Assembly: GCA_003971905.1 (NCBI GenBank)
Contig: RSEE01000040.1
Span: 310,001-374,000, forward strand
Source: Moniliella sp. 'wahieum'
Taxonomy: Eukaryota
DNA length: 64,000 nucleotides
Reading direction: 5' to 3'
This document shows, in pieces, positions 47,501-59,938 of the stretch (position 1 is its first letter; each line of letters begins with the position of its first letter). The notes beneath the pieces were generated by a model. It was not told the DNA's origin, did not search any database, and worked only from the letters and a program-made list of their open reading frames with translations. Position numbers and translations under genes: made by a program.

Positions 47501-50007
47501 CACGATCTGCCATCGCGTTGGCGCCCTACGTCGCGTGAAGCTCACTTGTCCCCGAATCTAATCGCACAACAGGTCGTGCGGCCCCCGGTCCGTCTGTGCC
47601 ATTACCCGCTCCCATCACGATCCCATCACCCACACAGTCCAGTCCCCCTGCTCTCCTCTCCCCTGCGGCCCCGCCCTCTGACAGTCTCGCCCCATTGTCG
47701 CCAGCTGTCAAATCTGTCCTTGACCATTCCCAGTGAGCGCCGCCACCGTCGACTTGATCTCCCACCTCTCCCTCCCACCCCAGCGCCCCTGTCCTCACCG
47801 TCGGCATTCGCCACATTGCCACTCTCTTCTCCACCATCACCACCACCACCACCACCGCCCCCACCCTTCCTCCCCCGTCGCGTTCTCCGCCGGCTGTTGA
47901 AGCTGTCCCTTCCCCAGCCCATCGGCCGCGCTCATATAGAATTGCCTGAGCCCAATGGAGAGCCCCACAAGGGCTCGTCCCAGGGCGAGTTTGGATCCTC
48001 TTTGCCCAGTGACATGGACCAGGATTCGGTACTCAACGTGCGTACCTCTTACCAAGGCCCACGTAATCCGGCCGGGCCGGTTGCGCCGCCACCGCCGCCC
48101 GACGCCACGGTGCTCAAGGACCTATTCCGGCGCAAGAGTGTGTCGGAGATGGCGAGCATGAGGATGAAGCAAGCAACTGCAGGGGACAAGCTCCCGCCGG
48201 GCCAGACGGTCAAAACGCTGTGGGGTGATCGGAATGGCGAGATGGATGACGCGGCAGTCACGGCGGCCCTGAAGAGTTCGGGGCTCCTCCAAGACATGGA
48301 GAAAGAGTTTCGTGCGCAGACGCATCTACCCAAGAAGGCAGCGGCCAAGATGGTCAAGAAGGAGTTTACTAGCCACCTGTCGCTCCGCACCGGCAGGGCA
48401 TCGAGCTTGTTCTGCGTCGCGTCCAGTCCTCCTTCCCGGGCTCCAAGCATGCCACCCCGGAAAAGTCCCACGACATTGTGCACTGCAACCGCTCGATTTT
48501 GGACCAGGGTTCCTGTCGGAACTCCTACGCAATTATCCCGAGACGGAGATCCAGGGTCAGCTGGCCGAATACCGCAATGCATCCAACGAAGAACTGCGAC
48601 TGCTGCACCCGGCGGAGGCTAGTGGTCTTGCTGATGACCGTCCCGCATCTCAAGGAGAAAGTGAGGGACTTCTCTATTTGCACGTTACGGAAACGCATGA
48701 GCTCATCGAATCCGCCAGCCAGGCCATCCGCCGCCGGTGGAGCAACTTCTCGACGCTCGCACTTTACCCGCCTGCTGCACATCATCCTCACCATGGGCAA
48801 CTTTTTGAATGCGACGGAGCCCGGGGAGGCGCGTTTGGGTTTAAGATCTCGTCGATCAACAAGCTGATCGACACCAAAGCTGCGGACGGCACCACCCTGC
48901 TTCACTTTGTCCAACGTTCTGTGCATCAATGCTTTCCGAAACGGAAGCTTTCCTTGATGAGCTGGTGCTCCTGCTGAAGCCAGTCGTGGTACGTCGTTTG
49001 CTCTGCATTTTCCCCCTTGCGATTCTCTTGGATACTAATCTTGGGTATGTAGTTCAACTGTTGGATATGAAGCGGGAACTAGCCGAGCTCAAGTCGGGCA
49101 GCTATCAGCACAAAGCGAAGCTGGACACTCTGCTGACTGACGCGGACATGGCCGATCCCTATGTCCGTCTGATGGCACCCTTTTGCACAGGGCCCAGTAC
49201 GAGTTGACCCATTTGGCAGAGACGGTACGTCAAACCGAGGCAGCCTACGCGGACGTGCTGCGCTACTATGGCGAAAGCCACGAGGGCCCCCGCGCCGCGC
49301 CCCTCCGGTCCGCACCGAAGACTTTTTGCCATCTCTTGCTCAGTTTGCCGACGCCTATCGTAAGGCCCAACGAGACAATGCGGTGCTGCTGGAGCAACGC
49401 CAGCTCGAAGTCCAAGGCGCGCGCGTGCCGAGGAGCGCGAACGCGAGCGCGAGCTGGCCCAGGGCGGGAACGAGAAGGCGAGTTGTGGAGACACTGTTGG
49501 GCCAAGTTGCGCCATACGGGCGTATCGGGCAAAGGTCCGCGGCGCAAGGCGCGTGACCGCCGGATGGGTCCGCCGTTGGCCACGGCTCCCTCCCTGCCCG
49601 ACAGTAACAGTCTCGACTCGGCTCTCCCCCATTCTCCCCCCCACTTGGCCACCTCCCTTTCCACCCCAAACCCCTCGGAGCCGCAGGAGCGGGAGAAACG
49701 GTTAACGGGCAGTCTCACTTGGCCGTATCTCTCTTGGCTCAACTTCATCGGTCGAGCTCCCGCTGAGTGGGGAGGACACTGCAGATGCCGATGCTGATGT
49801 GCGCCCTACGCGGCGTCGACTGCGGACCCGACGCTCGCCCCGCCTGGGTCAAAAGGACGAGCGGGGCGAGGGCACGCCGGCTGGCACAGACCCTCTTCTC
49901 GCCGCGTCCACTTTGACGTTGCCGTCGATGCCTCGCGCTGCTGCCCTGACCTGAGGCCTAGTTCCCGTCGGCTGGCTGGTCCGCCTCGCGAAGGTGGACC
50001 TGCATGA
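44600..50007 (+). CDS. Diaphanous-related formin (GBD/FH3, FH1, FH2, DAD); Bni1/SepA-like
   Basis: GBD segment MGLSMDDKWTLIYND; GRFDAWMRVLERTIDGRGKMGSLVGAS; poly-Pro FH1 at about 47750-48100; FH2 ILTMGNFLN and GAFGFKISSINKLIDTK..TTLLHF; DAD-like ETLL.KLR..RRKARDRR. Confidence 0.93.
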
Positions 50008-50512
50008 CAGTTCAACGCAGTCAAGGCCTGTTTTTTTTTTTATTATTCCCGTGGTCGATTCCTCCTAACTCTGTGCTACTATTACCTACCTACCTACTCA
50101 TTGAACCCTCATCGTCATCCCTCATCTCGCAACTGTTCTTCCACATTTTTCTCCGCAATGTATTTTGGGGCCCGCTGGTGGGCTCGCCTGTAAGAGGCCA
50201 GGATGTAGGTAGGGCGCGATGAGCGCCAAGCGTGTGCTTCCTTCTTCGTGCTTCGTCGGGGGATGATCGGTACGAGCAGCGACGGCAGACGAGGGCGCCT
50301 GCTGCCATGTCTGCTGTCTGCTCCACACTGCGCTTGACGAGAAACCCGATAGGAGAGTGCCTGGACTGAGAGTTGCTGACAGCAACCCTAGCGCTACGGG
50401 CCAGGGGGCCCGCTCGTAGGGTTGCCTCAGTGCGGCGGAGCGCTGGCTGAGCCCGCCCCCCCCGCCTCCGCCTCCCGCCTCCGCCCCCCAGCCTCCGCCG
50501 CTGAGCCCCGCC

Positions 50513-53500
50513 ATGTCCAGGCCCAAGTGGCTCCGCTCCGTCGCCGGGCATGTCGGCCACGTCGCCCAGCCCCCGCCTGGCCTCCTTGGCGCCGAATGGA
50601 GTGCCGGGATCGGAAGCGGCCTCAACGCCCAAGGCCGCGCCGGCCCCGCGTTCATCGAGGGCGTGCTCGGCTCGCTGGCGCTCCCGGGCGAAGTTGTCGT
50701 AATGGCCACCGAGCCGGTGGCCGGTACCTGGCCGTTGGCACCTCTGTCGGCACCGTTCATCTCTTTGGCGCGCCTGCAGTTCAGATCACCATCACCCTCC
50801 GTCCGGCGGTGCGCGTACGCCACCTCGCTTTTAAGCCTGGCTCGCCCCTGCTCATCGTGCTGGACGAGAAGGACAACCTGAGCATCTTTGACCTCTCGCG
50901 TCCGGACCCCGTCGTGGCCGCTCGCTACACCGACTCGAACAACTCCTTCCTCCCCGCCCGCACTGCCACCACGGGCCCGCCCCCCACCCCGAAACGCCCC
51001 AGCGGATTGCCGCGTACAGTCCGCGCAACCAGGTGCTGGCCATTGAGCTGAGCCCCGTCCACGATCATCTGTTTCTCGGCATGCGCGATGGCTCGATCGA
51101 TGCATACGATTTGAGCCGGCTCAAACTCAGTCCGTATCGCATTGCCAATCTGTGGTGGGAAGAAGAGGAAATTTTGCGCAAGTCGGGCGTGCCCGACGCA
51201 CCTTCCCGCCGCCACATCCCGCTTGTGGTGCAGATTGAGACCCACCCGAAAAACTTGAACCATCTCCTGATCGCCTACGAGGGCGGCGTGGTGCTGCTGG
51301 ACGTCAAGGCCCAGTCGGTGCTCAGAACGTACCAGATGCGCATCTTGCCCGGTGGACCTGGTGGCGGAGTGTCGGACCCCAACGCTGTCTGGCTCGAACG
51401 CTCCCGCTGTCACTTGCATAGCCTGGCGCCCCGATGGCGAGGTATTTGTCGTGGGCCACGACGATGGATGCTTCACGTTTTGGAGCGTGCGGGACGATAG
51501 CAAGCCCCTCATGGTGCGGACGCTAGACGGGTGGATGTGGAGAAGATGCAGCTGGAAGAAGGCAACCCAGTCACCAGCCTGCCCATGAACCGATCTTCAA
51601 GCTGGCCTGGTCTGGCTTCCCTGCCAAGAGCTGGATTACTGCCGCGAGCGACTGGGCCAACTCGAGCAAACAGGCCCAAGGGGATTCGGGAGAGGTGCCG
51701 GGCGTCCCGCCGGTGGATCAAGCGCCGCAAGCCACCGAAGCGGCTGAACAAGGCTCGGTGCTGACCATTCTGGGTGGCGCCGTCTCCGACGCGCCGCCCG
51801 GGGTGACCTGCATGCACCTGCCCTCCCACGCCTATGTCGGCGGCGGTGGGTGGGGATGGGGCGCTGGGCCGAACGCAACGCTGACCGGCCGCCAGCGGCA
51901 AGCGTTGCGGGAAACGATTGAGCCGAGCAAGACAACGTACTATTACACGCCTTCCCAGGTAGAAGACTTCTTGCTGCTTCCGCGCGACAATCCGTACTAC
52001 AGCATGGCCTTTGATCCGACTGCCATCATCTTCCTCCTCGCCGCGCCGCCCGCGCTTCCAACGCTGCCCCCGCCGGCGGCTCAAAAGGGACTCAAGGCTA
52101 TGCTTTCCCGCCTGCACGGCCCCAGCTCGTTGCAAATCAGGACCCTGCTAACCGCACCTCCCCCCACCGTCTGTCCACCCCCACAATCGGGCTCCCATTG
52201 ACCCTCGGCTTTACCGGCTCGGGTGCGGTGCTGGGCAGTAGGATCTACACGGTGTCCAAGGCGGTGTACAAGCGCTTGGGAGGACAAGTGCTGGACAATA
52301 CAGGTCCTGCCCCGCCTACGCCGTCCTCGCCAACGGGTGGCGGATCAATTCCGCCCCCGCCCTCTTCGTCAACGGCAACGACCTCAGCCTCAACAGCGTC
52401 AATCGTCAACCCACTCAACTTGCGCGGGGGCAAAGCATTCCCCATCCTGATTGGCAACAATTTGCTCGAACCGGAAAAAGTCGCCCCCGACCTCCCCTTG
52501 CGCGTGCTTGTTACGTGGCATTTGGATGGAAGCGTTCGCGTACACGACTTGAGCTTGGGGCTCTTACTTCACCGCCCAGAACGCCCTACGGTCGCCATCA
52601 ACACTTGGTCTGGCAAGCCAGGCACCACGTTTGACCCTTCCTCTGCCCGTTTTGCCCTCGACATGCCCTTCCCGTATCCTTTGCCTCATCTTACCGTCCA
52701 CACCAGGGACATTGTGTTTCATCGTCGCCTGGATACCAACCCATCCATCCGTCGTCTACGCCAAGCGGCCACGACGCCTCTTATCCAAATCACCGACGCT
52801 CGCCTCGCCACCGAGTCACTCGAGTTGGCTGTATGCCTTGGATCGGGCCACGTGCTGCATTATAAGTTGGGCCAAGCTCGGCCCGGATGGGGAGATGACA
52901 ACGTGATGACGGACGTACTGACCGAGCGCGAGATGGCCGGGCTCCGCTCCCCAACGCGTGTTGTTTCCACCTTATCGCCTCAGCCGGGAATGGAGCCTAT
53001 ACATCGCTCCGTCTCGGGCTCGACGTGGACGTCCAAGACACGCCAGTCGGCCGACCTCGCCGCGCTTCGCTCCGAGGCCGATCGATCTCTCCTGGGCCTG
53101 GACCAAACCATGTCCAACGCCATTAGCGATTTGGGTCTCTCCTCCCCGACGGCCGAGGCGAGCGATCCGATGGATCGTCATGCGGCTACCCCAACCGCCC
53201 TATGGTACCTCCTCGAGCGGCGAACCGGCCGCGGCCTCCCCGTTGGCCGGTGGTCCATCGAATGTACCACAGGCGGCTCGTGTTGCGGCTCATCCGGAAA
53301 GCCCCTCTGCCCTTCGAGAATGATGCGAGAGCCGATGCTTCCGCCAGCGGAACCTTTGCCGCCAGGTACGGCCGAGGAATTACAGCCGTTGGAGGAGTTG
53401 GCAAACTGGAGTACGGATGGGTTCAAGCCCCACTTGATGGTGGATCTGAGGCGGGGCGAGTGTTCGGCATTTGCGCTCTGCGACACTGGCTTCCTCGCTG

Positions 53501-54904
53501 TCGCTTGCGGTCTCGCGCTGGCCATTGTCGACTTGCGTGGGCCCGATCATCCTCCATGAAGGGTTTGGGGACGAGGTGGAACCCGACGTGCACCACTTTG
53601 GCCAGGCGGGTCATCATATCGGGAAGATCGCCGTGCCGCTGATGCCGAGTCGCGGAGCTTGATTCAACAAACCGTCTTTACCACTATGCGTGTTGCTTCG
53701 GACCCGAAGTACGCCATGCGTCTCTTGGCATTGCGGCAGGATGGAACGATGAGCATTGGACCATCTCCAACTCGTTGGACCAGTGGATGGTGACACGGGC
53801 TTCGCAGCCCCGCAAACTGGATGGGACCTCGAATGCTCGGCGTTGCTCACTGTGGACCAGCGTGGCTCCCTTTTGGATCTCAGGTCGCGCGACATGGCTG
53901 ATGCCCTAAGCCAGTACGACGCCAGTGCAATGATCGATCCCAACGATGCGGCGAGCTGTGGGATTGCGATTTTTATCAGCCCCAAGCGTACGTCCCCTCT
54001 GAAGCGAGTGCGCTTTGTTGTGGCAAATGACTGACCGGACCCTTGTTTGACAGAGATTGTGTTGCGCTACGGTGTCGACGGCCCGACCATGTCCCATACG
54101 TCTGTGATGGAAGAGCCATGGGGCACCCAGGTGATTAGCCAGGGCCATGCTCGCGCGCTGGTGCTGCTGAGCAAGACGTCGGTGTACATCTACAGCTTGC
54201 CCAAGCTGGAGCTGATCGAGCGCGTGCCACGACACAACTATGCCACGCGCGAATCCCTCTCGCCTCTCTCGACCCACGCCCTGACTGGCTCGGTGGCCGG
54301 CGTTGCCTCCATCGACCGGTTTGGCGACTTCATTGACACCCCCACCTCCCTCGATGTGCAGCTGTGGACCATCTTTGCCACCTCGTTGCGTCCTGGCCCG
54401 CCCACGTTGGAATTGTTCCAGCCCAAGTGGTTCCCCTTCCACCCAGGCGCTTCGGCCGCCGGCGCAATCACCGCTATCAGCGGCTGGTGGAACAGCAAGG
54501 CGGGTGCGGTCACGCTGGGGGCGCAACTGGACGAGGTGATTGCCGGGCCCAAGCGGCCTGCGCCGCCGCCCCTGGGACCCGCAGCGGAACCGCGCGTGCC
54601 GGCCGGAGGGCAAGAATTGGCGCGGCTCAAAGCGGAGCAAGAAGCGGCACAGGCCAAGGGCGCCGAGCAGTTGGGCTATGGCTCTATATTCTCCGGCGCG
54701 TATGCCAGTGTCTCGAAAGCCGCCTCCTCCACTGCGACCCAAGCGGCGCGCAACTTGGACTTGGCGCAGCAGCGCGGCGAGCTCATCGACTCGCTCGAAC
54801 AGGGCATGTCCAATCTCGAACGCAATGCGTCCAAGTTCTCCAAGAACCTGAGGGAGCAAGCGATCAAGAGCGCCGTCAAGAGCAAGTTTAGTGGTTATTT
54901 CTAA
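50513..54904 (+). CDS. SRO7: Lgl/tomosyn family WD40 polarity and exocytosis protein
   Basis: YLAVGTSVGTVHLFG, HLFLGMRDGSIDAYD, IETHPKNLNHLLIAYEGGVVL, WRPDGEVFVVGHDDG, LVTWHLDGSVRVHD, GFLAVA..LAIVDLRGP. C-terminal R-SNARE-like coil QQRGELIDSLEQGMSNLERNASKF. Confidence 0.92.
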
Positions 54905-55431
54905 CTGTCTCGGTCATGTGCTTCCGTTGGACGAGGCTAAGCCCACTCGCTGGTCGGGGTGGCGCGGGAAAGGCCATCGATTCATTGCGTTGCGTATTCT
55001 AGTGTGCTCTCAGTGCTTGATAGCTCGGGGTGGGAGAAGAGTGGTAGTGCTGTACAGGGACTGCAGACACGGACACGTGCCGCACGGGGGGAGGTGGGGG
55101 GCATGCAGACGAAGTCATATGGGGGGATGAAGAATCCGTCAGGGTACGGATCGAACCCAAATATGGTCGATTCTCTTGAAGCTGGTGGCCACCATTCAGT
55201 CCTGTGGCCCTCCGCCCAGGTTACACCGGTACATTGTCCTGCGATTCGAGCTGCTTGCACTGACGACTTAGTCCTACCTGTTGTCCACTCCGTCTTGCTG
55301 GTAGTGCCAGCTTGGTGTACCCCTATTTGGTGTAGCGTCATGGTCATGCCGCGCCCACGAAGGGCATCAATGCATTGTGTCCCAGGCGGCACACAAGTCG
55401 TGTGCAGCCACACAGACCGACGTGCATTCGG

Positions 55432-56408
55432 TCAACGCACTTGGAGGGGATCCTTGTCGGCTTGACTAACGATGACCTTCCAGCCCTCGCCCAGCGTTTG
55501 CTCCAGACGAGGCGCCAAGCTTGTGCTCAAGTAGCCACGCTCCGAGTTGGAGTGGTTGAGCAGAATGACCGACGTGCCGCGTGCGGTGATGGACAAGACC
55601 TCATGATGGCTCATCTCGCCCGTCACGTACACGTCGGCCTCAACGCCGGCTAGGATGCTCGATCCCGCGCCACAGCACACGGCGATCGAGCCCAGTGGCT
55701 CGTCTTCGCCGTGGGCCAAGCCGACCTGGACATGGGCCAGGCCCGTAGCGCGCTTGATCGAACTGATGATCTGGGTCAAGCTACGCGGGCTCGCCAGCGA
55801 AGCGACGCGGCCAAACCCAGCAGGACCCTTGCCGGCCGGAACAAGCTCGGCAGCAGAAGGAATGATGGCACGCAGGTCCTTGGCCTGCGCCACCTCGGGC
55901 CCAGCGGCAGCCTGGATCAGCCAATCGTTCATACCCTCCGGCGCAGCGTCAAGGGAGGTATGGGGGCAGTAAATGCTGACGCCAGCGCTGGCGAGGCGGA
56001 GGAGGCTGTGCACGATCGCAGGGTTGGGCGCTTGAGAGCCCGGAGCGGAAGGGCTAAAGGAGAGGGCCTTGAGCGGTTTGAAGATAACCGGATGGTACAC
56101 CACCGCCACACTCACCTCGCCGTCAGCCAGAATCTCCTCAGCCACCGACGTGGTGAGATCAATCGCAGTCAGCACTCGTTTTCCGGCCCGCGGCGTCGGT
56201 GCTTCGAGAAGGAGACCAACGTTGTCGAACGACTTGTCGGCCAGCGCCAGGGGGGCGATCTGGGCCATGGCGCGGACGACCAACGCATCGGGGCGGGGGG
56301 CGGGGGCGCAGAGGACATGGTGCGCAAGGCGAGGGCGGGGCGGGGGACGAGGTGGGGGACGCGGGGGGGCACACGGGCAAGAAGAGGCAGGAGGCGGCCG
56401 GGAAACAT
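55432..56408 (-). CDS. NIF3: NIF3/DUF34 metal-binding protein; two candidate start codons (56408, 56318)
   Basis: APLALADKSFDNVGLL, IDLT, YHPVIF, IYCPHTSLDA..GMNDWL, GFGRV, IAVCCGAG, YVTGEMSHHEVL, HSNSERGYL, DKDPL. Confidence 0.95.
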
Positions 56409-57238
56409 GAGATTCGGAGAGGCGAGAAGCGTCGGCCGGCGTCCTCCGCTGGCCTGGCCCCCCCGACGGGCCCAGACTGGCCCTCGCAGGCCTTGGCCTT
56501 AATCGATAATCCCCCGCCGCCGCCCACCGCCAGCGGAGCCAAGGCGGAATTTGTGTCGATTCCACACCCATGTTGGGCGCGTCTGGGTGGCCCCAGCGCT
56601 GTTTCCCCCCATCAGGCATGGCATTGGGCTGGGCAACCAACCCCCAGGGATGGCAAGGCCATCCATGAGCCATGCCATCCACACCAGGCTCGCCTCAGGC
56701 CCTCAGGCTTCCAGTGCAACAAAATGTTCTCTCCTCCCGATGTTCAGTATTGGTGGCATCACTGACGTAGGGACGCAACACGCGCTTCGTTGCCCAGATG
56801 CTCTTTTCCAGTGTTTGTTGGCAGCTTGCGCCCTCTCTCTTACCAGACCAATGGGGCCGCCAGCATGTCATCCAAATCAAATGGATTGCGAGTGGATACG
56901 GAAGAACGCGGTGGACATGTGGGCCATAAACCCATCCAGCTCCAACGAGACTCATATCGACAACCATCCGCCCCTGGCCCAACCGTTCTCCGACAATACT
57001 CCCACCCACAAACAATGTGTAAAGGACACGCATGAGCGCACTATGAAATGCAAATCAATCCCTAATCAACCCCTAACGAGGACCTCTGGGGAATTCTCGG
57101 GCACAAAAGGGCATGCGTTGAGAGATCGATCCTGATGGAAAATGAAGGCCGAGCCAAGCTCGCCAGCCAACAAGGCACAGACGTCATTCGGACAGAGCCG
57201 TATGCTTAGCTGCCCATCACAACAACAACAAACGCATG

Positions 57239-57971
57239 TTAGTTTGCCTTCTTAGCGACTGCATCTTCGGCCTCCTTAATGGAGGCCTTGTCGGTCTGAG
57301 GCCCTTGAGCAGCCTGCATGCCAAACAAGCCTGGTCCAGACTTGAACGGCCGTCTGAGTTCGCCCGAGGCAGGCTTGCCCCACAGCCAAATCTTGACCTC
57401 CTGCGACTGGAGCGCCGACTTGAGAGGCAAGATGCTCTGGATCAAGAGTGGCTGGGTATAGGACCAGTACAGATGTAGACCAGCGACAAAGACCATGGTA
57501 AGAATGATGAGCCGGACAGACTTTTGAATCTCCATCAGGTCGTAGTCCCGGTTGGTGGTGGTGACGAGCTCCCCGGGCTCTTGCGACATGGGGCTCTTGG
57601 GCTCCACGTACTTGAGAACGGTCGTGTCGTCTTGGCCTTGACCTTGAGCGTGCAGACGTAAAAGAGCGGATCGAGAGAGCAGCTGGGCACCAATGTAGCC
57701 CAACCGTGCGTACAAAACGAGCTCGGGCTTGTCGTCAAACGGGACTCGACTTGCCGCTTGGGATACGACGAACATCAATACCATCTTTGTGGGATCAAGA
57801 CCAAACACAGAAAAGCACCAAGTCAGCAAGTCCCCTCACGAGTTCAATCAGCCCGCCAAGATGGAGCACGAAAGTGGGGCCTAGGTAAGGGACTCTGTGG
57901 AGCATTCCGACATTGCAACGAGGAGGAAAAGATGAGAGAAAGCAAGAACATACGTTGGTGATAGCTGACAT
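57239..57971 (-). CDS. PHO88: Pho88/Snd3 ER membrane protein
   Basis: MSAITN| intron 57785-57953 |MVLMFVVSQAASRVPFDD; DTTVLKYVEP; LVTTTNRDYD; HLYWSYTQPLLIQSILPLK; GKPASGELRRPFK. Confidence 0.93.
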
Positions 57972-58954
57972 GGTGGAGGTGGAGCCCCGCGAGCGCTCAA
58001 GTCAGGTGGGCGAGATGGTGGTTGCGCGGGATGAGAGCAGGGTGCTATCAAAGGAGCCACATGGTTTGGTGTTCGCTGCCTGATCTGGCATTGCAACTTT
58101 CATTCCCGGGAGGGCCAGATCGACCACGCTGGATAATACGCGTCCACCATTCGGGGCGCGCGCTAGTGGTGCACTCGGTGCTGCTGCAGGCTGGGCTGAA
58201 CTAGCTCACCGACGACCGTGCGTCCGCCCCGGCTCGCAGGGCACGTTTCCCATCATGCTCTACACCCGCTCGTCAGCGGATCCCGATGGACAATGCTTCT
58301 GACCCCCCCCCCTCCCTCGTTACGTAGAAAGGAAGGGAGCGATGCGGAAAGAATGTGGCTGGGTGGCCATGCCCCTCCGCCGCGGTCGCATGAAGGCAGT
58401 GGGCGGGAGTAATGGAGGCCAGTGGGGCATCTCAGAAGGAGTTTATTGTTTCTGTTTGCTGGATGGTTAAAAAGAAGGCTATGTGGACTGCATGCGCTGA
58501 AAATGACGGTGGACGAGGACGCGTTTGACCCGAGGGGGTCGGGGCTGGGCTGCCTCTTGGCTCAATCGGGAAGGTCATTTTGCCTGGGTACTAGCATCTG
58601 CCTCTGTCCTTGGTTCTTGTCCGCCTCTCTCCTGGACCTTTGCTTTCGCGTTTGCTCCAGTTGAGCCAGCCTCCAGACCAACGCAACGCCTCAGCCCACA
58701 GGCCATTGCCTGAGCTGGGATGGGCAACCGTCTATTATGCAAGGATGAGCGACGAGACAATGGATAGCCAAGCGGAGGATCCAGCTAACATGCGCCGCTG
58801 CCGCCAGAGTCGAGGAGGATGGGTAAGTGGCGAGTGAAGTTGCAGCCTGAGCCGGCAGCCCCTCCCTCTGGGACGCGGCTGCTGGAGCCAGCTAGGATGG
58901 ATTGGATCGATTGGATCAGATGGACCACCCCAAGCCGTCACGTGCCGCAGATCG

Positions 58955-59005
58955 CATGTGGCATGGGGCATGTGATGCATGTGACATGTGACATGCGACA
59001 TGTGA
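58955..59005. repeat. Degenerate 7-nt repeat (CATGTGA-like), about 7 copies
   Basis: CATG cores at 58955, 58962, 58969, 58978, 58985, 58992 and 58999, in the PHO88/YABBY intergenic region. Confidence 0.8.
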
Positions 59006-59687
59006 TGCAGATGCAGGATGGGCGATGGCACGTAGGGTTAGCGCGTCGCCGCAGTATGCGCATCGCTGCAGGCCGATGCCGATGGTGGAAGTGGATGAGC
59101 GCGATAGGTGACTAATGCGCATCGAGGCGCACGAGCGGAACTGGGCGTGGGTGCACCAGCAGGCAAGCAGCAGCTAGGCAGCGGCGGAATAGGCGGGCAA
59201 GGCGACGGGCTGCTGTGGCCCAACGGCTGGTGCTGGCTCCCCAGCTGGGGGCCGAGCCAGCTGCAGACAGCGGCAGCCCACAGCCCTCCCAGGCCCGGCC
59301 GCAGCTCGGTTGGACATTAAACATTGGCAACCAGCCCGCGCCAGCACCGCGCAAGTGGTGCGCCAGGCAGCCGCCCAACACCGCTCTCCTGCCCCGCTCT
59401 CCCCCGGGCACGAGCGCTGGCCTAGTCCCTGCCCACGAGTATCGCTTCGATGTTCGATGCCCCCAATGCGCTCCCGCGCACACTCTCCCGTGCGCGCCCA
59501 ACCCCCATCGGCGGCCGCAAGGCCAGGGCTATGGCTGGGCAATAGTACGCTGTACCCCTTCCCCCGCACAGCGCCAGTGCCAGCCCGCCTGTGTATGCTG
59601 GGACGCGTCGCGGTCGAGCCGGCAGGGCGCCACTGTCCCTATTTCTTTCACAGCTTGGCCCAGCTCCCGCGTCCATATACCCAGGCC

Positions 59688-59735
59688 GAGCCAATAGAGC
59701 CAATAGCGCCGCCTCCCATGGCGGCTATAAGAGCG
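59688..59735 (+). promoter_or_regulatory. Core promoter: tandem CCAAT boxes plus TATA
   Basis: GAGCCAATA occurs twice (CCAAT at 59691 and 59700), followed by CTATAAG at about 59725, a pyrimidine-rich leader and a 5'UTR intron 59816-59921. Confidence 0.6.
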
Positions 59736-59938
59736 CGTGCGCTGCCTAGCGACGCGTCTTTCTCCTCCACCACATACGCTTCTTCCATCTTTCCTCTTCT
59801 TCCCCCCCGCACCCAGTACGTGTACCGCCTCCTCCATGGCCCTGCCCTGCCCCTACCCCTGCCCCTCCCCCGGCCGCTTGCCACCAGCCCACTGACCTTC
59901 CCCACCCCACCCCTCTTGCAGAACACGTCTGGACCAAC

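Noticed and set aside
54982..55413. 143-aa minus-strand ORF between the SRO7 and NIF3 3' ends
   Set aside because: No ATG at the ORF start, no recognisable motif, and it lies in convergent 3'UTR space.
56695..57135. ORFs between the NIF3 start and the PHO88 stop
   Set aside because: No recognisable domain or splice support; likely PHO88 3'UTR and NIF3 promoter.
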